Source: an uncultured Christensenella sp. | Lineage (GTDB): Bacteria; Bacillota; Clostridia; Christensenellales; UBA1242 | Assembly (NCBI GenBank): GCA_949282135.1 | Contig: CASDOR010000029.1 | Coordinates: 9,685-73,684 of the forward strand | Length of the DNA stretch: 64,000 nt | Direction: 5' to 3' | Part shown: piece by piece, positions 15,501 to 21,900 of the stretch | Position numbering within the stretch: the first letter of the stretch is position 1 | Layout of the letters: the number at the start of each line of letters is the position of its first letter | Translations under genes and position numbers: made by a program | The notes under the pieces: model-generated | The model's database searches: none | The model's input: the letters and a program-made list of their open reading frames with translations, nothing else | Told to the model about the DNA's origin: nothing

Positions 15501-15792
15501 CATCATAATTAAAATCACTTGGAGTGTTAGAGTAAACTATGTCTAGAGGTATTCTCGCACTATCATTTCCAATATAAATTACATAACTGCCATCAACTCT
15601 TGCATCAAATACTCCTCCAGCAGTTGTCACTCTATATGTCCCATCGTCTAGCAGCTCTACATTTTCACTTTCTGGCGAAAAAGAAAAAGATAGAGACATG
15701 CGCAGTCCCGCAAATCTATCATTACATCCAACAAAAATGCAAGCACAAGTTATAAAAAGTAGAACACATATTGTATTTAAAAACCTTTTCAT
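1..15792 (-). CDS. Giant surface lipoprotein B. The 5' end is complete and the 3' end runs off the window, giving at least 5,264 codons. It has Ig-like (Big_2-type) regions plus six GLUG-type repeat arrays.
   Basis: The ATG is at 15792-15790 (plus-strand 'cat'), preceded by AAGGATAGAGAT (SD-like AAGGA). My translation reads MKRFLNTICVLLFITCACIFVGCNDRFAGLR, with lipobox FVGC and the Cys codon at 15724-15726. 15792 = 3 x 5264, and the frame still reads ...FKDCVVEVEDNTEVLE at nt 1. The ORF is not in the supplied track, which also omits the edge-running vanW-like ORF. No other long minus-strand ORF is listed in 1-15.8 kb, as expected if one frame is open throughout. Big_2-like strings are RSSDSSVLMVSPSGDIRVVGLGNAIITISS (~10350-10446) and ISSSDVSVARIINNGNGEFLIEPVSSGSSVVTITA (~13760-13860). 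I did not verify every codon. Confidence 0.85.
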   Translation of the reverse strand, partial: MKRFLNTICVLLFITCACIFVGCNDRFAGLRMSLSFSFSPESENVELLDDGTYRVTTAGGVFDARVDGSYVIYIGNDSARIPLDIVYSNTPSDFNYDVSFAYNSDAVRVDESDTEHISNGIRVAVVASSEGQGYLVARNSESGITSSIYIEVVKVSDGISFRRDSLALSKEERTSIDFTNEVIGIPANQDFTLEFGTGSADNFETMSSDTLRTEGFSYNPNTKILSLTRTTNINLSSLTVKATYDSPLGENLTAFSTIRILSSLTNFEVYVGTSIDDVIEENKLSQDSLLEFVYNMGNGLSYKDLILKVNSNGEKIEFAVIQDSLYPFLYPTTQPRYDSEYYYYDDAGFQVDSYEDASVTYAFIRLQSNKKTDGVGYENDIYNLVFTCNYADYEVINYPINTSVPTTVYSLIQSFEINGNTIPHFTFEEGDLQSIIEAWRGSFYTSNLYLNTSADLLGEKFEIDVVEPSNVKAEDARYFVEFYDGSLNRILTPSSYFAITYEHEGTRPLTDSDFETSFEKSGVFYVKPNETVQVNSEFYMVFRAEKPDSGATTAVIWFKTVQGISKVTSYDFINYTYEVDEEGNYVLDENGDKIVSNTGLQDVSFTASETDSKTFIGNENINIDLNVGRQVTVNLKTDYPAFDFLTISSSDVSVARIINNGNGEFLIEPVSSGSSVVTITAPNLSTVYEINVNVFSPISVFYVTMSVTTYDKGVGEHVLANDNTSTKSAVVEAQRTFNFIMSTRPLDQLQFDLQTYVYFDENDNGIIDEEGGENPDTLVPSLGGLNSYIYQDGYFSFDTRNLSFSFLNDNGTDRTYILRFEIHNLDGAILTKDVVLNSYVPIRNILVETSTPQVFDSSAIYFEDKVLDSDALVLSKDDPSIFGVKVSTNINSNRIPTFSFNNYGVIELEISGVLENRYRVENGVLVLEYSRTDTPITLLSNLANDGYYWFRLSESYNGQNEDILVSAYVREFNRASYENNVRVNILNVNEVGSISSLDGFDINFRQGIDDSSSIDLETSGNNIFNDNLLYRFIAVSNVNGVNKFIVPQGDSGLYTLDMIKTYENNFRLDFTLSRHYKGMGVIIILPQDKINDINEYNLWFENPTYEEYDVTQENFIAGLYYVLQGNEYVPATEYAEDVVYYVRTVDFSNLLSIWDGALILNISISDGVDVPYHISTYEELLEIGASVDAVSKNYVLTRDIEIPTGESFNTIANYYLANVNSEEEFLKDTYYTLDESGNYVLSDSYIEDTIYYGYGFNGTLTGKYVLYDYKTGKEIVQYYGISNVRFVGNNTRDLVGIFSKLGVNGSITDLTIEYSYYQPTTSVTGAFGGVVGENRGTINNVNVRFTDYRITTTNNDSEDFVVSVGGIAGRNYGVIENNTIIDSVNMEGTINVVMGGENQNIYVGGFVGSNYGSVVGSYNTSDQASYTFNDIGFDSSLNIRVTGVSSNTRIGGVVGYNMGGIRNFAVQGEVIAPNSDNVGGLVGYNTSGSFEYSIERSFMSGKTQGRNYVGGAIGQALQGSFYNISAENYATFSNSSRTFVRGETYVGGLIGYASGANIEFSYVVSYFNSDSLSEDVANLDSSYDVVGNNNVGGFIGMAANSCIIANSASYLNVKGVGAVSNFISFDNNTTISNSFTIGCIYGEGSINTNPISTRTNSYSIIYNASTGESFVNGMKNGTIDSISVSGSPWQESGDEKTPPYLVFEGEALISTSQIVITVMVNDNAGDYVNYIKASNSALLLFYGLDEFNSYSSSIMSEVNTIKLNDIISLGVEIETNKTTRFDVRSSDSSVLMVSPSGDIRVVGLGNAIITISSKLNSNISAQLEVVVTEGITGFEVYANPSLTANINNSTLELVKSQTQTLYSESEYIRNVNGQNVGLMSYDNVGLRFIIEDDEKLEKLFDSLKLESIDRDLNDILRIAGMVWGIGDGYYYVDVDNSASISIEPLMAFSEKLNISYIPYIDFNNEVIRVLLDQIGVRTFSVTASYGATDIIIENNILSTVEINQLEYFSFTVTVKTDFDGEDIDNNVDLISDDNFGFNEGSNKVFNYDNLGNVVSVSRTYTVWYKDKETALNSEKRYKLSFWPKTNTSENKIDLTIIVHGQDGVSDISARIYSDIKTDFPHKPSDSNTIYNGRTALFAFEVYPYFANYSKLRISYTSSANYSFTLSQLRYNNSGTGDKFTVYTNSGAIFDENGALIVQKTSGQDSASISSNGIYSYSRMYFFGVLIPSNVPDRTAYTMTIDVLDSRDNVILSKSIEFTTLARSDLNLSFNEEYLGEDTIYYLPANTRQELNISTTNDYETISFDVTSSDYELTESMKEMFTPFLEGDRYYVNIMDYENNLFTTDLIGKTINITATVDGGETTDPCTVSFVISLFTVTDISASGVSQGYMILQNSVTTPLKVTVSASFDESVLGTTNNWYNEWYLNFGTDETNSLYQQIVNAGYEVQENFISYISILEEQITKADYDSDAEGEKVSGVWLYVDSNGTLSVLRNGRMYNNNAFGVEDYRGYIAVYGYETDRNSSLRLNVRLSYAHFDDTTSRVKDSSGIANVRDYNFEHSLYQGSFTFIDEFMLAFVDRVGINNPVPVSSASEFLSLANEEGGDFRLVNDIELTNYTPFDINVNSFDGNNYKIYITSFAEVTEESTVANLGLFNEIGQDTMIYNTAVYYTNRVDLSIETGRLVPRAYPLTYTAKTNIPVNFGGIAVTNNGIITNCTTSGSVTLNISNTNMDVILNGGLVATNSEKAFITNSKVVDFMLTCYGRTGGFVGINSGKIVASYFDNSSISNLSTANVGGFVYQNDGVIYECFSQGARNSTDNDIRNTGTGITSDGGNVGGFVYQNNNLISDCYSNILISTSSIMAGFVYLDSASSEISKSYSISYKRVGDNETTAFPFLGPSTEFTPLRVVVNGILNNCYYLTTGGTWANSNFYLPNSNNPSETPANRRAFPLETDDFATHDSFINYDLSLVYNTDRYADNRTEFNYIDGYTWVIVGGKPLLVSTLTNTISQQDYLGKEKNYESEDIVYFDLASLGELHVEEQRVGIGSSEIITNYYQVDSNGNYTEEDLIFSTLRNNNTNTLTYNFMARNGLNSLSIICNIVTNEEGDESIEFDSAEYGDGTILDIRTNVGDVYYDTDENFRANDTIIIERNEETNEILRITYRELQSASYYYSASVTGVSDIVGSRTNPKIIYDYESFSYWLTETTTNKTNNSFFRLVSDIDLNNNFVSTSRSTFKGILQGNYMTIDNLSISYFNTSVIDENLNSTSFGLFASIETDRDSSLDTVISNLNINVNQVLSNAHRFVGALAGEIRADERVNSHKVFLANINIGSTIGASAYIMGRNAVGGLAGIATGYVIIKDITTSVSVNASYDAPSSIINSTLYIDRDDTYISRVSYAGGVVGIFDVKKVVDTATLRNYNANNVTVSNDNSYVGNIVGSAFGLVGENSIVNYTNAYLSHSETSFIKATSYGGGLVGENRGTIISSSSNYLEDSTNNDGIGESSYSEFDLFFSGLGGEVNSIGGLVGLNNGGLITNSISNVNVRNELAVIAGGAVGRMLEGALVNVVATGSVLSNKIMGGFIGSMNNISLLVEEGNYDINTLINFDISKYTDFYGSFAESENKNVIISSCVSANNWLVEDYSYYSSKLLTESVLSGFIGVISYYDENLNRDIFEDMAYIRPSYYANTLYTTVNGSNPARYLQSTYISVGLDEVEVNEDSPNILVDSNNEQVVFPYSTSEFYYESMPAKVTYAVRSENNISGSMGGEHDVYADVFYRIESSTPSDLINNDSLYTLVDYNKDGSWNTPYEQRSYQWYQARFGYIYYKDESGQYILVNGSSDFESLEKIDENTYRDFYYIASPILNSFTFTEEYSSSEDDIFIYGNNSAQSTRVNGYTFESIDDLKAQNYISVNGLRIPIDLSDETNSRVDEVYADEEHEIFVSGEYEYSNFRLPLQNGGEVTNIKFTVSSYSSANNIRAYIDNVELTFEYNNIGYENLDGENVFVSLNSYRGDVNTITNFELVISSKKVIYSSYKNGYWEMDENFLLDNLDEVTRYPVNLELAEKYVWSDFRSNSVSTEIYTAEDLAAFAYIVNSGLDSYEDREVTLHNDIDLSGKYWVPIGSEEHPFKGTFNGNGHSIKYVSVNENSIKDGDGLTLPKYAGLFGMTDGATIKDLSILGGEVSGEYAGGLVARAENTEIYNITNRNNSLGVTYSGGIVGLMNAGSIYNTYNYARVESTNSSTRVSSNVYIGGIVGNAKNVVFSYLDVDSSGQLLSNTNYGEIYTFNTLNNYISNRLINLYAGGIIGHAENMVDFEGAFNEGDIGITTNSNKIYVGGIVGYVTSPRTLDSISFTSNYVQSLKNNGNIDITNSNTFSSVDLTEDSVYEDYATCDIGGVFGYADLSASLISNEGDIAVNAISSSEAKMSIGGLIGRLDIIRRGNESDQSVVGGVRISSSYNIGYVEVYSTNGSTFGIGGLIGVSDLTYYITNNSDEGNEKTKDKVHIYDSYNAGEILSSNNCETFLGGVLGYAYGTNEVSNRVLIERCLNVGSLTIYNIMRARNALGAIAGVDNFIFTTNPNANTNVTVDDIDSYVPESLYNFYLRGSAYSQGINYTAFTEYEASTSNYTPVEDISTFALSRISSTLKSENNYELEIVIDDTSYVIDVWDFENVWQRQYDTWYPTLRNNLATSFWFDRVTEVQSTGVSYSVSSEKELAYIAKQINSGEIESEGIIINLTSPLDLSNKFWTPIGSEEYPFKGTFNGNMYEIKNLTVDGSFMASNEYGGLFGVVQNATIRNVGLSSPVIKNVSTAGGVVAKASNSLLTMVYTENEESEDSIIEGMYTAGGIVGELTSSAVLSESNRKGLYFAYNNTRVGVNSENTGFSSIGGLVGVLESSYIGNAYNSENGIITVRDDSIGDGASVVGSTDISSRLLNVFNLSSIMMTPGNNTIGIRVKTMYYITTNETGEVVLKNSDNPTFDNLSNNDDSNEYLGDPANIWTKEYSLNSVELSEYPTLRGLGREWKNVESETLTSFSISSDFSEKNSILDYVDSITSTKLEDGSSVIKEIDKTLVSFSSESFSGVSVNTIYLITSEEELVWLANNVNSGNLLTSNTEFVLLKDLDLSGSYWTPIGVSAVYPFSGVFNFNGHVIKGLTIDNSSYIYAGLFGYTKNAYIVNGYVDNAFIKITNESLNSESYVGTLVGFGDNTTIRNMSVSTSISSYSTSASFIGGIAGYLKGTNYSVRNVNVSGANAIDLGGFKDCVVEVEDNTEVLE
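1010..1720 (-). repeat. Giant B repeat array 5 (canonical entry module)
   Basis: The entry module is SSEKELAYIAKQINSGEIESEGIIINLTSPLDLSNKFWTPIGSEEYPFKGTFNGNMYEIKNLTV (~1510-1720). It is followed by GGLFGVV, GGVVAKA, GGIVGEL and GGLVGVL. Confidence 0.75.
2090..3600 (-). repeat. Giant B repeat array 4 (canonical entry module)
   Basis: The entry module is IYTAEDLAAFAYIVNSGLDSYEDREVTLHNDIDLSGKYWVPIGSEEHPFKGTFNGNGHSIKYVSV; the YWVPIGSEEHPFKGTF portion was read directly at 3421-3480. It is followed by AGLFGMT, GGLVARA, GGIVGLM, GGIVGNA, GGIIGHA, GGIVGYV, GGVFGYA, GGLIGRL, GGLIGVS, GGVLGYA and GAIAGVD. Confidence 0.8.
5040..6250 (-). repeat. Giant B repeat array 3
   Basis: The entry module is FRLVSDIDLNNNFVSTSRSTFKGILQGNYMTIDNLSI...FGLFASI. 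It is followed by GALAGEI, GGLAGIA, GGVVGIF, GGLVGEN, GGLVGLNNG, GGAVGRM and GGFIGSM (~5060). Confidence 0.7.
7150..8050 (-). repeat. Giant B repeat array 2 (degenerate)
   Basis: The entry module is VSSASEFLSLANEEGGDFRLVNDIELTNYTPFDINVNSFDGNNYKIYITSF...LGLFNEI. It is followed by FGGIAVTNNGIITNC, GGLVATN, GGFVGIN, GGFVYQNDG, GGFVYQNNN and AGFVYLD. Confidence 0.65.
10900..12310 (-). repeat. Giant B repeat array 1
   Basis: The entry module is VPYHISTYEELLEIGASVDAVSKNYVLTRDIEI...GFNGTLTG. It is followed by GAFGGVVGENRGTINNVNV (11761-11820), GGIAGRN, GGFVGSN, GGVVGYN, GGLVGYN, GGAIGQA, GGLIGYA and GGFIGMA (~10990). Confidence 0.7.
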
Positions 15793-15840
15793 ATCTCTAT
15801 CCTTTTTTGTTTCTCCTTTTTTGTAAATCCACCTTTTTTA

Positions 15841-15868
15841 TAGAGGCTCCACCCAACTTAAGCCTCTA
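15841..15868 (-). promoter_or_regulatory. Perfect 8-bp stem / 12-nt loop hairpin in the giant A-giant B spacer
   Basis: TAGAGGCT-ccacccaactta-AGCCTCTA. On the minus-strand RNA it is followed by UAUAAAAAAGG, an A-run rather than a U-run, so it is not a canonical intrinsic terminator. Confidence 0.5.
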
Positions 15869-15903
15869 ATATTAAATCTAAACAAAACATTAAACTATAA
15901 GTC

Positions 15904-15931
15904 ATTATATCTAGGTAGTGAGAATAGGCAA
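15904..15931 (-). promoter_or_regulatory. Candidate sigma-A-type promoter for giant B (TTGCCT-16 nt-TATAAT)
   Basis: Plus-strand 'attata' at 15904-15909 corresponds to TATAAT, and 'aggcaa' at 15926-15931 corresponds to TTGCCT, with a 16-nt spacer. It lies 34 nt downstream of the giant A stop codon. Confidence 0.4.
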
Positions 15932-15964
15932 ATCATGTTTTGCAATTAACTTAAAACCTTTCAT

Positions 15965-18900
15965 TCAAACCTGCAACACTATGTTAGATAGTTGCCCTCC
16001 AGTTTCAATTGGTTCTTCAAGTATTACCATCTCCAAATTATTTTTAAGAATTAGATACATATCTGAACTATTAATTATAAAATCTTCATATGTATCTTGA
16101 TTTCCTGTTTTTGTGAGTAGATGCGTATAATCATAACTGCTCTTATTAATTCCAGACTCTATAATACTTTCTGTCCCCATGCTGTCAAGATTGCTAGAAT
16201 AAGTACTGCTGATAGTGATGTCACTTAAATCATCTAAACTAGTTTGATAAATTACTTCATCTAAATTAGGTACGTGAGGAGGCTGATTATATGTTTTATC
16301 ACAATCGCATTGTCCGTAAATCTTATCAAGAATTTGCAGATTTTGATACTCCTGAGTTATATACCCATCCTTCTTTGTTGCATCTCTAGTTTCACCACTT
16401 TCCCCTGTTGTATATCCCACATCTTGAAGTGCATCAAAGGTAAAGTTTTTAAAATGATATGTCGTACTAAATTCTACGTAGTAAGAGTTAAACACATAAT
16501 CATTATGACTTGGATAAGCAACAGCTTCATTTTCAAATCCGCTTCGTGAAGTTGTTTCTGTTTTCATAAGTAAATTTTCATTATAAACACCCTCTTCAGA
16601 TGTAAGTAACTCGGCTGGACTAATAACTTTTTCAAGACCTAAAATTGCCAATTGTGCATAACTATTTATTTCTTTACCAGCAAATAAGTCAGGATTATTA
16701 GTTCTTGTTAGCCAATATTCTACACGTGGTAACACCATGGCTAGGTCCCACCCACCTGTTTCTAGATTAGGTGTATAAGTATACGTAGTAATATCAACAC
16801 GGAAACCTACAATATATGCTTCTTGATTATCCAATAAATGTTCATTTCTATCCGCCCAATTAATTGTGGCATCGTCAAAAGGTTCACCCTCTATCTTAGT
16901 TGGATGTTGTCCTACAACAGTACTCTCGCCTTCATCACTTCCTTGGTTAACAATAGTAATGTAATCAGTTTCACCCTCAGATGTTTGAGCTCCACCTTCA
17001 AGATAACCCACAATTTGTCCACGTTTATCGGAAACATAAGAAGTAAATGCAAGGTCATTCTCATCACTTCCTTCCTCAACTATATAGGAATTATTCCTAT
17101 CATAATCAACGCCAGATTCTGAAAAATCATAACCATAGAAATAGTAACCAGAAATAGTGCCATTATTTATACCTCTAACGTAAAGTTCCTTTGTCACATC
17201 TTCTGAACCTTCTACAGCTGTTGTGATATGACCTTTTCCAACAATACCACCAACTGAACCTTTGTGATTTGAGTTGAAGTCACTAAATCGAGTTTCATTA
17301 CCCGAAGAGACTATATCAAGTGAATTTAAATTTCCTTGAGCCCACAAACTTATGTTGCTTGCAGCAGGATTTGTTAGACTATAGAATGATAGATCCCCAT
17401 TATTGATAGCTCCATCTATAACTGCTGAAATTGCCTCACCAGCAATACCACCTACGTTTACATTTGGGGTAAAGCCTATAATATCCGCATCATTTACACA
17501 GTCAATAATGTTGGTAAATGTTGCTGTACCTACTATTCCACCTTGACTTGCAACTAGACTTCCGTCCCCACTTGCTCCATTAAACAAGTCAAACTCGTTT
17601 GTACAATTATAAATGTTACCATAGTTGCTTGCGCCAACTATACCACCTACAGAAATGTTACTTCCGCCAACTAATGTTATAGCAGTTCCAGATTGCTGAG
17701 GCATTGTCACGTAGAATACAGACGAATCATTAAGATAACCCACAATTCCACCAATATAATCTCCTTCAACTGAACAACTAAGTGTTACTCTAAGCCTTGC
17801 ATCCTCATCTTCTCCGCCTAGCTTTGCATTATTTTCGAGTGCACCTACAATTCCGCCAACATATTTTCCACTAATCGTACCTTGTGAAGTAAAGTCTAGA
17901 TTTGTCCTAAGTTCTATTCCATCTACAAGCCCAATAAGTCCACCTGCATAGTTTTCACTCTCAATGTTAACAGTTACGTCATTGTTTGCAGTTAATTTTT
18001 CTACTAGAATATTTGCTGAAATATTTGTCGAGTCCTCCTCAGCACTTATTATTCCAATAATTCCACCTGCAGCAGCATTACCTTTTATAGTAACATTATT
18101 TGGAATATAGCTATTATCGACTTCTCCAGAAACATATCTACCTATTAATCCGCCCGCATATTCCGAGCTAACATTTGAAACTTGTAAATTTGATATATCT
18201 GGGAAGGACTCTTCACTATTAAATTCACCAATTACACCACCGCCGTACATACCGCCATCAACTTCAAGCCCCGTAAATGATTTTCTAAAACTTCCCTTGT
18301 TAAATAGTCCTATAAGTCCACCAAGAGCAATTCCTTTTGTATCGCCGTTTTCCTCATCAACACCAATTCCTATAGCGGTAACTTTAAAATTTTCACCTAT
18401 AATATCATTTTCAACAAAACCGCCACCTGAAATAACACCACCATTCATTTGTCCAACTATACCACCACCATAGAAGCCATCTTCATTTACAGTTACATTC
18501 CTCGCTAGTCCACTTCTGATTTCACCATCCTCAAGAAGCCCTACAAGCCCACCTACAATTCTACCACTTACACTTGGCGCTTCTATTGTGTATGAGTCTT
18601 CTCCCTCAGCAAGTCCTAGTGTTCCGTCAGCCAATATACCCACAAGTCCGCCAATGTAACCTGTTACAATTTCTTCACTTTCTTCCCCAGAGCCACTTTC
18701 TTCTCCAGAGCCATTTTCTTCTCCAGGAATTTCGGCGCTAGTAATTGTTACATTGTCTGGGTTTATATCTGCCCTCTCTATATTTCCGTAAGAAATTCCA
18801 GCGATTGAACCTGCAGCATCAATACCACTTATATTGACAGAGTATAATTTTGTACTAATATCAAAACCATTAGCCATTCCAAGCATTGTGTCCTTAAATA

Positions 18901-21900
18901 CTCCTATGCTACTAGTTAGAATTTGCCCACCTTTTCCAATCCTACCAGCGATTGCACCTGCATAGTAAGCATCTTCTGTATCAGACACAGCATATGAATA
19001 CTCAACTGTACCTTTATCAAGATTTCCAACAATACCTCCTGCATAGTTTCCACCTGACATGCTTGCAAGCATAACTGCATTTCTAATTTTTACACCTTCT
19101 TCATATTTTGGATCGGTGTTTTCCTCTGAAATTGTTGCTAGACCAACTATTCCACCAATAGAACCTGTATGTTGTGTGTAATCTCCATTGTCTAATGTAA
19201 TAAGTTGTTCGCCATATAAAATCACAGCCTCGGCATTATCTCCAAACGTACCCTCTTTTGTCGTAACTTTTGCAATAGTAACATTAGATATTTCTCCTCC
19301 ATCCATAAAGCCTACTACTCCACCAGCAACTGAGTTTGCATCTCCTACTACTTTAATACCAGAAATAACATTTCTAATTGTTCCATTTTTAAGATACCCT
19401 ACAATACCTCCAGTATATGACCCTGCAACTCCTCTTACAGTAAATGTTGACTCTCCATCCTCGTCATTAACTCCTAATCTTGTGCTTTGGCTTAATGTTT
19501 GTACAGAATTTATATTTTGCATGTCTATATCAGTAAGTCCTCTTGATAAACCAAGTACGTCAACAACAGGATATGTTTCATCTCCACTTCCTATACTTTT
19601 ACCAGTTGAAAAATCTACAAGCGAACCCTCATCAACTCGTCCAAAAATTCCACCAGTATAAAGACCATTTGATATTGTTCCGTTAACGCTTACATGAATG
19701 TTACCTGTGTAGTTCTGCATTATTTGTCCTGGCTTGTCATAATAACCTACTGCTCCCCCTACAAACATAGCCTTTTGAGACCCACTATCACTTAATCCAA
19801 AATTTACACTGGCATTTAATGTCGTTTGAAGGAACACATTCTCTGTACCTACTAGCTTAGTACTACCTATTTCACCGTTTCTCATAATGCCAACAATACC
19901 ACCAGCATAACCGCCATAAATATAGTCTTCTAAGCTAGGAGCAATTGGCTTTCCATTACCATCAGATTTTATTGCATATCTTGCAGCAGCGATTCTAACA
20001 ACACTTCTATTTATAAGCGAATTACCGCCAGTCTTACCAACTGAAACAGTCCCAGAAATATGACCATCCTGCATAAAGCCAGTTACACCACCTGCGTAAC
20101 CACCATAAATTTGTAACTCGCTTCCTTTGAATATTGAATCAACAATTCCTTCGATGCTTGACAATGCAGTTCCCAGTCCTGGAGCAACCTTTGCCATGTA
20201 AATAGCACTTCCTGCATCCATATACCCTATCAAGCCACCAGCATATTTACCACTATACACAGAACCGCCATTTACAACCTGCAAAATTGACCAATCGGTA
20301 AAATTCGGAGTATTGAATAATGTATCGCTTTGCGCAACGGAGTTATTCCACCTAATATAAAGGCCAATTTCATGAGGGCTAAGGAAACTCTCAATTTCTG
20401 CAGTATTAATAGTTGCTTCACGAGCATAACCAATAATTCCACCTGCAAAAATTTCACCATTTATAAGTCCTGCATTCTGAACTTGTCCATATAAAAGATT
20501 TTGATTTAACATCTCATTTACCATGTCAGCTATAGAATCAAATTTAAAATTCGGATTAAATGAAACAACTTGTACAGTATTACTATCTGCATATCCTACA
20601 ATACCACCTGCAGTCCTACCAATGACTGGCATAAAGTTTGCTGATGCTGTTACTATTAATCCCGCTTCAGCCATACCAATAATTCCGCCAGCTATACCAG
20701 AAGAAGCAACAGACGAAGTAAATAGTGCCCCTACGTAAGTAGGCAATTCGATACCATAACTAAATGTCATGCTAAGAGTTAAATCCATAGTGCCTGTCTT
20801 ATATCCAATAATACCACCTGAAGAACCTCGACCTGCTGGAACATCTTCAAGCTGAACATCAACATTATCAGTAGATAAATCATTATCTACAGTTGCAAAT
20901 CTCTTATCAAAATAATCATCCCCTATGTTACAAATGTTTGAATTTGCAGTTAAACCTCCGAATGTAGATGTACCACCACTTGTATCAACTGACCATTTAT
21001 TATTCCAAGTATATCTGTTAACAACAATATTCAAAAAATAGTCCACAAATGAAACATCGTCTAAATCATCTAGTCCAAAATCAAGACTTCCCTCAAGACC
21101 AAGGTCAAAAATACCAAGCAAGTTAGTAGATGCTCCAATTTCAATAAGTGGTAGTTCTTGTCCATCTACTGTAACACCAGTACTAAATTCAAAGCCAAAA
21201 AGACCTAAGTTTTCAGAAACAGTTAGGAGAAGATCATCAAACTCGTTATCATCAATTTCCCCATCTGATTCTGCCTCTTCTATTCTACTTGCAATAGAAC
21301 GAGAACTAGAAATTACTTCTGAAGCAGAGAATATCATTGCTATATTTGAATAAACTCTACCAAAGTTAAATGCCCCAGTAAATTCACTATATTGTGCTTT
21401 ATCAAAGAAGCCTATTATACCACCAGAGATGAAACCGACAACCATACCTGTTGGACCATTTACCATAATGCCAGCACCATTTAGAGGGTTACCCTCGTTA
21501 TCTAAACCTCCAAAAATAGTATTAAATGCCTCTTCAAAACCAGACATATTTCCGCCTGAATTATCTAAGTATTTTTCTACACCTTCTATTATGCTTGCAA
21601 CACTTAAGTGTCTACCAAATGTATTAAGCCTTGCATTATTGCCAGAAATTACTCCAATAATTCCACCAGCGATACCGTAAAGTGACATAACTATGTTATT
21701 ATTAAAAATAATTGAATTTGCTTGGACAGTACCTCCTGCCATAACACCAACGATACCACCAGAAACACGTACACCAAGCAGCACTCCAGGTAAGAAGAAT
21801 TCTGAAGAATCACTTGCTGTTTTACAATCATAGATATACCCACTATTCATATAGCCAACTATACCACCTATAACATTAGGTATACCAAGTATAGATTGTG

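Noticed and set aside
19188-19661. A 157-aa plus-strand ORF, together with similar ones at 1391-1720, 5066-5344, 15164-15490, 20523-20738, 21429-21680 and 30873-31085, all inside the giant genes.
   Set aside because: These ORFs are antisense to the GLUG arrays. Their P/T/S/I-rich sequences (TIPP, PPA, IPPV) are what reverse-complemented GGx-ATT/GTT-GGx codons produce. They have no SD and no independent motif, and the minus-strand frame is far better supported.
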